DNA from: Hydrolagus affinis
Lineage: Eukaryota
DNA: 64,000 bases
Reading direction: 5' to 3'
Assembly (NCBI GenBank): GCA_012026655.1
Contig: JAAILG010001243.1
Coordinates: forward strand, 1 to 64,000
The stretch's first letter is position 1; the number at the start of each line of letters is the position of its first letter. The translations under genes were made by a program, and so were the position numbers. Of this stretch, positions 1-9,347 are shown piece by piece. The notes under the pieces are model-generated. The model was not told where the DNA came from, made no database searches, and was given only the letters and a program-made list of their open reading frames with translations.

Positions 1-59
1 CCACATCAACATACTTTCAATAATAAGACATCATCGGAGAGCGCTAGAGCAATTAGGAA

Positions 60-216
60 GAAGATTCCTTGGTGTTTTTTCTTCACCTCCCTCGACTAGG
101 GCACAGAGGCCAATTGTGGCTGCCCCAGAGAGAATGAAAACCATGAGCTTTTCCAAGACTGCGCAGCTTGGTTTCAGAGAAGCAAAGCAGTGACCGACTG
201 AGCCACAGGGGGAGCT
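60..216 (-). mobile_element. Ancient tRNA-derived SINE relic, AmnSINE2-like (5' part, internally deleted)
   Basis: Minus strand starts GCTCCCCCTGTGGCTCAGTCGG (tRNA A-box-like head) and later reads CACAATTGGCCTCTGTGCCCTAGTCGAGGGAGG, resembling the recalled AmnSINE2-type body. Confidence 0.5.
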
Positions 217-389
217 GTGAGCAAGGGTTACACATGCAACAAATATGAATTTATATATTAGTTCCTTTCGCACGTCAAGAATGTTGATACATAACACATA
301 ACAAGCCTGGCTTGGTACTTGAGCTGAGGAGACGGGAGCTGACGGGAGGGTTGATGGATCATATGCCGGATCGGTAAACAATGAGTAAA

Positions 390-525
390 CAACCCTATAG
401 GTGTCTTTAAGCTCCCCCTTTGTCATGTTCCATCCCTCCCATCATGTACATGTTCCTACTATTGCCGCTTTCCAAATGCAACACTTTGCATTTATCTGCG
501 TTTAATTTAATTTGCCAGTTATCAG
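390..525 (-). mobile_element. CR1 LINE ORF2 fragment (post-RT region)
   Basis: Minus strand translates WQIKLNADKCKVLHL, matching the CR1 motif WQMxFNxxKCKVLH. Confidence 0.75.
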
Positions 526-531
526 TCAAAG

Positions 532-630
532 AGCCATAGAAGGTTACAGCACAGAAACAAGCCATTCAGTCCATTTTTAGGGTGGCTCTATGAAAGAGCT
601 AACCATTCATCTACCTTCACCCTCACACTA
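532..630 (-). mobile_element. Degenerate CR1-type 3' UTR end
   Basis: CATAGAAGGTTACAGCACAGAAACAAGCCATTCAGTCC...CTCTATGAAAGAGCTA is the reverse complement of the CR1-type tail seen at 55719-55807. Confidence 0.5.
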
Positions 631-664
631 TAGCTTTTAACCCCATGTAAATAATCTGCGTTCA

Positions 665-800
665 ACTTGACTCAGTTGGTAGAACTCCTGATTATGTGTT
701 GTATTATCAGAGACGCCATCCTTCGGATGAGATGTTAATCCAAGGTCCAATTTATCTCTCCTGAAATGTCAACTCTAACCCTATTGCCTCTTGTTCTATT
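665..800 (+). mobile_element. SacSINE1-like (old Deu-family) SINE, 5' fragment
   Basis: TGACTCAGTTGGTAGAACTC tRNA-like head, then CCATCCTTCGGATGAGATGTTAATCCAAGG, shared with the copies at 16814 and 31781. Confidence 0.6.
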
Positions 801-1506
801 GTCGGGATACATCTGAAAGAATTCTGTGTTGATTTTTTCCCAATCACGATTAAAATTTTAGTTTTTTTTAAAAAAAACAAATATGAAAGACTTGAAAGAC
901 TGACCAAACACAATGCCAGCCGTTCACTTCTTGGTTTATTTCCTTCTCCAAATAACCGAGTCACTGGCTTCAGGAAGAAGCTGAAGGCAAAGAGATTTTC
1001 AGCGAGAGTGCAATGACTGAGGCTAAGTGCCTAAAGGTGAATCATGTATTGGAAATTAAATGGCGCTTTAATATCTCTTGTCCTCCCACATCATTGCCAG
1101 TTTCTGAGAAACCTGATGTAGGTCAGCCAGGGACAAGTGACATAATAAAGCTAAGAGGATTAGTATTGCTCTACATATCAAAAGCCATCAGTTTGGAGCA
1201 CAGTACTGGGCTTTTTTTTACATTTGAGAAGAAAGCTTTCATTTGACAGGGCTCATTAACTGGGAAAGTTATCGACAGGCTTTCTACGCTGCCCTGAGTG
1301 ATCTGAACGGATTAGTTTGCCACTACAGTTACTCTCTCTCTGTTGGTCTGGGTATGGCTGTCTGTGTTTGAGGCTGGTAACAGCTGTGAATGTACAACTA
1401 CACAAGTAACTTTCAGCGGGATTTGGTAGCTGGGAACACGAAACCATTGCAGAGAGGATATCACAGCCACAGAGAGGGTACTCTGGGGAGTGACTTGAAA
1501 ACTCAC

Positions 1507-1695
1507 TTGAAAAATAAGAAAAGTTACAGCTTCGGAGAATTGTTCGTTGTCAGGAATGTTGGCGAGGACTGAGGACCATCTTGCTACCATCTTGAGTGTA
1601 AAACAGGCTGTTTTGGACTGTTTCAGACTTCGCACCAACCGAACAAGTTCAGAGAGCAAAGGCCTCGGAACCTTCCAGCGGAAGTGTGGATGAGT
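1507..1695 (-). CDS. Weak candidate internal exon (189 nt, phase 0-0, 63 aa, unknown product)
   Basis: Minus strand: ttaactttttag|ACTCATCCAC...TTTCAA|gtgagt, open as THPHFRWKVPRPLLSELVRLVRSLKQSKTACFTLKMVARWSSVLANIPDNEQFSEAVTFLIFQ. No recognised homology and no partner exons. Confidence 0.15.
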
Positions 1696-1929
1696 CTAAA
1701 AAGTTAAGGAGCGGCTGACTTGGCATTTAAACTGGGTCAGAATTAGGAATGCAAATTGGGAGGAAATCTGTACACAAGAGTAAAGCGAGTAGCTCTGTAA
1801 TTAACATGCTGCCGCGATTTAATGAGAAGCTTGCATTAATGGCTGAATAATTAAAATAATAAAGTCTAACTTTGACTTGATTGTCATCACATCACTCCTA
1901 TCAACATATTATATCAGCATGCATTCAAA

Positions 1930-2380
1930 TGATAAGCTGGATCCATTTGGTGCTGTCCTCTGAGATGGAGACATTACACCAAAATCCCATCTGCCTGTTT
2001 ATGTGAATGTTAAAGATCTCACAACAACAACAACAACTTGGATTTACATGGCGCCCTCCACGCCAGATGGCGTCTCTGAGCGCTTCACAAAGCGGATCCC
2101 AGGGCCGAGCCGGGGGTAAAAGGTGAATAAAAGCTCAGTCGAAAAAAATGTTTTCAGGCGAGACCTGAAAATAGGAAAGGAGTTGGGCGAGGCAAAGAGA
2201 GTGAGGGAGGGAATTCCAGAGTCTCAGGGCGTAGTGGCTGAAGGCACAGCATGGAGGGCACCATATCCAAGTTGCTGTTGTTGTTGTCATGAGATCTTTA
2301 ACATTTACATTAACAGGCAGATGGGATTTTGGTGTAACGTCCTCAGCCAGAGGACAGCAGCAAATGGATCCAGCTTATCA
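1930..2380. repeat. ~130-bp inverted duplication (arms 1930-2063 and 2249-2380)
   Basis: Left arm TGATAAGCTGGATCCATTTGG...CCAAAATCCCATCTGCCTG...AAAGATCTCACAACAAC...GCGCCCTCCACGC is mirrored by the reverse complement of 2249-2380. Confidence 0.9.
2022..2248 (-). mobile_element. L2 LINE 3' end (5'-truncated)
   Basis: (CAA)n tail, tail stem-loop, and GGGAGGGAATTCCAGAG...GTGGCTGAAGG, the antisense of the L2 'AFS..AP.LWNSLP' region. Confidence 0.75.
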
Positions 2381-2542
2381 GGCTATTTACAGCATTATTT
2401 AAAAAGAGAAGTCAATTTGCGTACAGCAGTATCCCATAAAAACAACAACAACAACAATAAAAAGTCTAGAAGTGAATGACCAAGTTTTATCTGGTGAATT
2501 GTTGGCACAATCGACATGGGGAGTAACTCCCTTCTCGTTTCT

Positions 2543-3015
2543 CATTAAGTTAGTTCCTGGGATGAGGGGGTTGACTTCTGAGGATAGTTTGAGTAAACTA
2601 GGCCTATATTCTCTAGAATATAGAAGACTTAGAGGTGATCATATAGAACCCTATAAGATTTTTAAGGGGGTTGACGGAGTAGACAGTGTGGAACTGTTTC
2701 CCCTGGTTGGAGAATCTATAACTAGGGGTTACAATGTTAAGATTAAGAGTCAGCCTTTTCGAACAGGTTTGAGGAAACACTTCTTCACTCAGAGGGTAGC
2801 AAATTTCTGGAATTCTCTACCTCAAAAGTCTGTAGATGCTCAGTCCTTGAACCTATTCAAGACTGAGACTGGCAGATTTCTACAGGGTAGAGGGTTTAAG
2901 GGATATGGGGATAAAGTGGGCAAATGGAGTTTGGTTGGAAAATCAGCCATGATCTTATTGAATGGTGGGGTAGGCTCGAGGGGCTGAATATAGTCTATTC
3001 CTGCTCCTAATTCCA
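2543..3015 (+). mobile_element. CR1 LINE 3' end (ORF2 C-terminus plus 3' UTR), chondrichthyan HER1-like
   Basis: ORF 2472-2987 contains KLGLYSLEYRRLRGD..YKIFKG..TRG..RKHFFTQRVANFWNSLPQ..GFKGYG, followed by the UTR TCAGCCATGATCTTATTGAATGG...GGCTCGAGGGGCTGAAT. Confidence 0.93.
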
Positions 3016-3461
3016 ATGTTGCCAGATGTGTTGTGAGATGTTTGATGTTTACCTGAAGAGGCAGATAGAACCTTGGTTTAACAGGGCATCTAAAGGATCT
3101 CACCTCCAATATTGCAGAGATCCCCAGTACTTCACTGGATCATCACTCTGCAGTGTATTCACATGAAACTGCATCACAGCGCACACTATTGGGCATGCAG
3201 GTCTGCTTTGTGTGGACATCCGCTTTCCTAGAGGAGAGAATAGAATGTCCTTATCTCCTTGTGGGAATCTATTTGTATTCAGTGAATCCCCACTCAGACC
3301 TCATGCTCTTCATCATTACACTTCAGGCCAAATTTCCAAGCGAAGCTACAGCCAGTATTTCCACTTATAAACAGATTTGGGAACAAATATTCGGTTGTGA
3401 AAGAGCTCTGCCTCCTACGAACGGACAGAAGGGAGTAATTGAGATTGGAACATTTCATATC

Positions 3462-3617
3462 TGTGAGTCACTGCTGTGCGCAATTGGCTGCCGCGTTTCG
3501 CCCACAAAACATAAAGTCAATTCACTGTACAGTATATTCTGTGAAGCGCTTTGAGACATCTCAACAATGTGAGAAGGCGCTATATCAAATGCATGGATTG
3601 TTATTATTAATAATAAT
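3462..3617 (+). mobile_element. Young Deu-domain SINE, 3' half
   Basis: CTGCTGTGCGCAATTGGCTGCCGCGTTTCGCCCAC...GAAGCGCTTTGAGAC...GCGCTATATCAAATGCA with an (ATT)n-type tail. Confidence 0.9.
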
Positions 3618-5469
3618 GTGTTGGGGAGATGGAAAACACCATACGAATAGAATATCACCTAATCTCACCCTGTAGGCCATTTTAGCTTCAAGAGTTAAGA
3701 TGGAGCACAATTATGGAAAATTCATCAATTCAGTATTATTTGGAAGCCTTGTTAAGAAACGGGACAAAAACAACGTCTAAACTAATCCTTGCCATTGTTT
3801 ATACTTCTTATGAAATTCCCCCCTCTCTCTATCGTACCCCCCTCTTATTCCCTCTCTATTCCCTTCTCTCTCTTCTTTGCTTAAATCAGTTCCATCCTAT
3901 ACAGGATTGCTCATCCACACACAACAAAGGATTGCTCAATGCCAAGCCATGTCTCATCTGCTTTGGCCAGCTGGCTGTATGTCAATCCAGCTCCCCCCCC
4001 ACTCCACACACGCCTGTGCGGCGTCTTGTGGAGAAGTGCTGCTCCTTTTTCCATCTGAACAAATCTGCTGTGATTTTTGTCTCGAGCAGATTCCAAAGGG
4101 AAGCCCATTTGAAACATGCCTGAACTTTGTGACGTACAAGACGGAAATTATAGACAGTTAAATATTCGCTCCCATTGGCCCCAGACCAATAATGTGACTC
4201 AGGTGAAGATGCACAAAGGAGATTATTCTTTAACTCTTTCATGATAAATGCCACTCGCCATTGTTAGCGTTGCTAATTTGGGCTGGTTAAACTTTAGCAG
4301 TTACCCTCAACACACACTCTGGCATCTGCTGAGCATTGGCTCTTGCCAAGACCTTCTGCTCTGCTTATTCTGGCCTGCTTCATGCCCCCTGCCCATTCTA
4401 CCCAACCATTGGCTTGCAAACTGTCAGTCACTTTTACCAATTCTGCTTTCAAATAATTTCAAAACTTCTCATCGGCTGTCCATTTGGCCATCGCACACAT
4501 ATCCCTCAATCCCCCCTCTCAGCTTGGGCTCTCACTCAGTCTTTATAAAGCTCTTTGGGACATTTTCCCAACGCGGAAAGCGTTCTATAAGTTCAAATAG
4601 TCTATTGTAGTGCGGAGCTGCTTTTGAAATTGGTAAAGTTAAGTATCAACATAAGACAGTTGATGTATCACATCAGCTGGCAGCAGTCTGAATATAAACC
4701 ACAGAGACAAGTTGGCCTGTTTATTCTATGCCAATTTATGTTCAAAACAGCTTGTATGCAATGCTGTACATCCACGAACATACACAGTTCGGGATAGGAT
4801 GAGCAATGCTGCAGAGTCAAGCTTAACTGTGTTCACCCAAATGGACTCAGTAGAACAAGCCTTAATTAATACCAGTCCTGTAGCGAAGAGATTTCACCTC
4901 ATTAAAGGAGGGAAGAAAATTACAGGCAAAGAGTGTGTCCCAGATAATAAAGGAGGCTGTTTATCAAATGTCACCTAAGCTGTTATAAAACCACTTGTAC
5001 TGTCAAGTCGGTCTCCAGCGAAAGAGGAAGGAATTTTTTTAAAAAAACCTCAGGAGCGAATGCAGCAGGATTGGAAATTACGATGTAAAAAACTTTCAAA
5101 GTTGAACGAGGAACTGGGATTGCTTGCGGGGAGGAGGTGGAGTTCCAACACCCGCGGTCATTTTCCCACCAGCAGAAATGTCACAGCGTCACAGTTAGAG
5201 TATGGAACCAATCATTTGAGAAGTTACCAGGATAATCACCAAATTGCAGAAAAGTACCAATGTAGTCATTTGCTCCCCAGGAATCAAAGTCAGATGGCGA
5301 ACCTTCCCAGGGCTAAGAATGGCACAGCTCCAACATCAGAGCTGATTATCGTTTGAGAATCTGTGCGGATAGATGGCATCTGCTTTATCTCTTTGAAGAT
5401 ATATTACATCTCCTTCGGTCAACATTTTCAATCAGGCATTTGAAGCTCACAGTCGAGACTGATGAACGT

Positions 5470-5700
5470 TCCAGTGGAGTGCTGGGGGAACACAGGTTGG
5501 GATTAGTGGCTGAAGCCCCATCCGCCAATGGTGAGGCGGGTACGTCGGGGTACAGGGAGCAGGCAGGGGCCTGCTGAGCGGAGGGGGCAGGCATAAGGGG
5601 GTTAGGGGGTAGCAGAGGTAGGGTGAGGCGAGGCCATTGGAGGGCTTTAAGCCCAAGGCCAACCAGGGTAGGAAATGGAAGGTAAGAGGAAGGTGGTGCA
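5470..5700 (-). mobile_element. L2 LINE ORF2 C-terminal fragment
   Basis: Similar to 37600-37800 (GGAGCAGGCAGGGGCCTGCTGAGCGGAGGGG; GAGGCCATTGGAGGGCTTTAA). Minus-strand translation includes NGLASPYL, the L2 'HGLAPPYL' motif. Confidence 0.75.
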
Positions 5701-5979
5701 AGCAGTGATTTTGTTTTGAGCAGATTCCAAGGGTCACGCCTGGGTCACACTTGAATATCGTAAGCACATTTGTTTTTTTAATGGCAGTGCAATCCGGATA
5801 TTCCAGCCTGGAATTCTGTCCCGCTGCTCCTATCTCACAATAACAGGCTCCTGGCTTTAACCATGGGGTTGGTGGCAATTCTCATGACCAGTTTGTTTAT
5901 TTGCCCTTTGAGTACGAGGGCATGAGAGGCTTCATACATCTCTTCAGACGTAACACACGCATACACACATAGTACTGTC

Positions 5980-6300
5980 ACATAGCTCAGTGGTTAGAAC
6001 ACTCGCCTTACAAGCGTGAGACCCGTGTTCGAATCCAGGCAGGTCAGGGCAAAACCTTGGGAAAGTTTCCTTACTCCACACGCCTAATAATAATCCATCC
6101 AAAAAAAAAACTATAATAAATTGGTCATTTCAATCCACGACTATTTGTGGGGACGCTGCTGTGCACAATTGGCTGCCGCATTTCACCCACAACTATACAG
6201 TCAATTCACTTTACAGTATATTCTGTGAAGCGCTTTGAGACGTCTAAGACGACGTGAAAAGCACTATATCAAATGCAAGGATTATTATTATATTATTATT
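5980..6300 (+). mobile_element. Near-full-length young tRNA-derived Deu-domain SINE (~320 bp)
   Basis: A box TAGCTCAGTGG, anticodon-like loop CTTACAA, B box GTTCGAATCC, Deu-like core TTTGTGGGGACGCTGCTGTGCACAATTGGCTGCC, L2-like tail and (ATT)n. Confidence 0.92.
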
Positions 6301-7142
6301 GCTACTGCTATGGGAATCTACTATTTATTTATAGGATATCTGACCTGTGTGCAGACACAGGAAGAAAAATAAGGAGAGATGGCAATCTTCAGCGATGTGA
6401 AAGAGAAAGACAGAGAATGAAGAAAGACAGAATGAGAGACATTCTCTAAACTATTTGTTCTGTAACTTTTTAATTGCCCAAGAAGACAGGTTTGCTCACA
6501 TTTGCTGGAGAAGGAAAGAGAATAGAGTGAAAGAGGGAGAGGAAAACAACAATTTTTACATTCATATAAGGGCTTTCACATCAGGCACTACGTCACATCT
6601 AGAGCAGGAAAGAGAGACGGAGACACAGAGGATTATCACCAGAAAGAGAAACGGGAAAGGTTAGAAGATATTTTAGATGCAGAATGTTGTTAGGATATGG
6701 AATGCTTTATCACAAGTGGCTGCCAAGGCCAAGTATACAACAGCGTTTAAATACTTGAGAAAAAATAAGTGCTCTGGGGAAAATGCAGGAGAATAATATC
6801 ACAGTGGTCCAGTGGTGAGCTAACATCAGTACAGACTTGATGAGGAAAGAGCAGGGAATGGGTTCAGAGTACAGTAAGTCTGTGGTGTACAAATCATCTA
6901 ATCGCCCAAGTGATACATCTACCCGTTGTCTTGACCCTTCCTCACCACAAATTACAAAGTCAAATCCCATGGCGAAAGGTTGCTATTGGGAATTTGCTGG
7001 CAATGGATAAACGCTGCATTTAAAAAAATATTAAAAATTCTAAATAAAATCTGCTACAAAGTGGGAACAAAAATCGGAACATTTTCATTGGACTTTTCCT
7101 CATCGTGACTGGCACGAACACTGAATGGATAGTTCTTTCAAG

Positions 7143-7205
7143 AACAACAAATTAGCGCCTTTCACGTCGGGAGGACGTCCCAAAGCGCTGAAAAGCTCCA
7201 GCACA
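7143..7205 (-). mobile_element. L2 3' tail fragment
   Basis: AACAACAAATTAGCGCCTTTCACGTCGGGAGGACGTCCCAAAGCGCTG, the same tail as at 37381 and 49327. Confidence 0.75.
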
Positions 7206-7275
7206 GAGAAGATGGTCCGAATGGCCTTCTCTGGTGCTGTAAGTGGTTCTAAACTTACACTCTGTGAAGTAAGGA

Positions 7276-7390
7276 TTCGCCCACAAATATACAGCCAATT
7301 CACTTTACAGTATATTCTGTGAAGCGCTTTGAGTCGTCGATAAGATATGAAAAGCGCTGTATCAAATGCAAGAATATTATTATTATTATA
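7276..7390 (+). mobile_element. Young SINE 3' fragment
   Basis: TTCGCCCACAAATATACAGCCAATTCACTTTACAGTATATTCTGTGAAGCGCTTTGAG...AATGCAAGAATATTATTATT. Confidence 0.88.
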
Positions 7391-7482
7391 AGGAGGGAAG
7401 GATGGAGACTTTGGCAGACAAAGAGATGGGTGCAGAGTGATTTCAGAACCTCCTCTGTGAGCTGGAAGCTGACCCTTAAGAA

Positions 7483-7608
7483 TAATAACTATAATAATCC
7501 TTTCATTTGATACAGCGCTTTTCACATCTTATTGACGTCTCAAAGCGCTTCACACAATGTACTGTAAAGTGAATTGAGTGTATATTTGTGGGTGAAACAT
7601 GGCAACCC
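7483..7608 (-). mobile_element. Young SINE 3' fragment (inverted relative to 7276-7390)
   Basis: ATAATCCTTTCATTTGATACAGCGCTTTTCACATCTTATTGACGTCTCAAAGCGCTTCAC... Confidence 0.88.
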
Positions 7609-8349
7609 TTTAACCCGGCTCACTGAAGGCTTAAACCTTGCAAGAGATATTGGCTTTCAAGTGCGGGTTGATGAGAAAGAAAAACAGCAGCTTCTAACAT
7701 CTTTCAAAGGTATTTTTTCTCACCCTTTCCAATTCCCCACATTGGTCAAATCTGCTTTCTCTTGAGTTTCTCGGGAGTAACGTCAGCAGATGCCTGTAAA
7801 CCCTGATAATCTTCAAAGTCTCACCTAAGTCAAAGCTGCAGTAACATATTAAATAATTAACAGTAGCTCCTGGGCCCGACTCTCTCCGGTGCCCACAACA
7901 CAACACCTCAGAAAGCGCACAATAAATTAGTTGAAAGGAATAAGAGATACAGAGATTCACAGCAGCCGCTTCAAGCAGAAATACAATATCTAATTGGGGC
8001 CTGCAGCTGCACTCTGCTTTTCTAAGGCATCATCCAGGTTACGAGGGATTTGAGAGTCTTATGGTCCTCTTGATTCTGTGCGTCACTTTTAAGGCTGGGC
8101 ATAATTCATTGCATTCAGGGCTTTTAAAGTTTGATCCCCTCCCATATAAAAGGCATTAAAAGTGCAGAGAGCTCAAAAAACAGCTTACCAATCATTAACA
8201 ATTCTTGGTTAGACCTTGGAGGTTTGTGTGCAGTCCTGGTCACTATAATACAGGAAGGATATTGTAGCATTAGAGAGAGAGAGAGAGAGCACAGATTTAC
8301 AGATGTGGCCATTGACAAGTGGATCCAGCCATCAGGAAAGAGTGAACAG

Positions 8350-8430
8350 GTTGGAGCGTTTCTCTCTAAAGTTGAGACAATTGAGAAGAGACCTGATAGA
8401 GGGGTTCGATAGGCTATTCATGGATTCAAT
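8350..8430 (+). mobile_element. Old CR1 ORF2 fragment
   Basis: Translates LERFSLKLRQLRRDLIEGF, compared with CR1 LGLFSLExRRLRGDLIEVF. Confidence 0.55.
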
Positions 8431-9169
8431 CGACTATTTCCTGAGACATTTTGGTGTTCAGTAATATCAAAGTTGTATTGGTTGGAAGAATCATTGTGTT
8501 GCCTTCTCCTGCACTCCTCTCTTGAAGGCATTTTATTCTTTTTCATTAGTTCCATGGGCCCTATGGTACTTCTTCTGACTGGTCATCCTTCAAGTGGGAG
8601 CTTTGACAAGTGAGCGTCAGTGTAGAGGACACAATTCATTTCATTCTGTAATTTGCCAGTGGGCATCACGCAGTAAGGCTGGCCCTGCCTGTGGGTTAAG
8701 TCACTCGATCCACGATAAGCTTTAACAACAACCTGGCCTGTGATATAGTTCCTTAGCTCATTTTTGAGACGTCGCAACGCACTTGTCAGAATGTTCTGTA
8801 AAATGAATTGACTGTATGTTTTGTGGGCGAAACATTTTGTGTAGCTCCGAGTGCATTAAAGAGGAGGGGGCGCAGGATAATGATGGAATGATAGAGATCA
8901 TCTCACTTCTCTTAAAGACGTGAAAGCAGTACTCTTTAATTAATGCTAATTATCCTGTAATTTCCCTGAAATCCCTATTCAACTGCAGACGATTTTTCCC
9001 CAGGTTCACGGACTGATTGATAAGCAGGCGTGAAATGCTATTAACTGAACCCAAACACAGGTGCCAACACAGAGGGCATACATAGTGAGGGGGCACAATG
9101 CATTCAACGTCTCTGCTCTCAGAGAGATTGCTACAACTGTTAGACTATCTGTGAAAAATAGCTGTAATC

Positions 9170-9347
9170 CATTAGAAACCTATAAGATTCTTAAGGGGCT
9201 TGACAGAGTAGACAGTGTGAGACTGTTACTCCTGGTTGGAGAATCCAAAATTAGGGGTCATGGTCTCAAGATTAAGGGTTAGCCTTTTCGAACAGAGTTG
9301 ACGAAACATTTCTTCATTCAGAGGGTAGTGAATTTATGAAATTCTCT
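9170..9347 (+). mobile_element. CR1 ORF2 C-terminal fragment, same family as 2543-3015
   Basis: ETYKILKGLDRVDSVRL..GESKIRGHGLKIKG, followed by the KHFFIQRVVNL-like segment. Confidence 0.88.

Noticed and set aside
31-426. 131-aa minus-strand ORF as a gene
   Set aside because: It spans a CR1 fragment edge and an AmnSINE2-like relic, and has no recognisable protein similarity.
2472-2987. 171-aa ORF as a host protein
   Set aside because: It is the C-terminus of CR1 ORF2 running into the 3' UTR; the element is 5'-truncated and has no RT domain.
5980-6050. tRNA-Val(TAC) gene (also 32320-32392 minus, and Ala-like 52540-52605)
   Set aside because: There is no proper acceptor stem and the sequence continues directly into a SINE body, so these are SINE heads.
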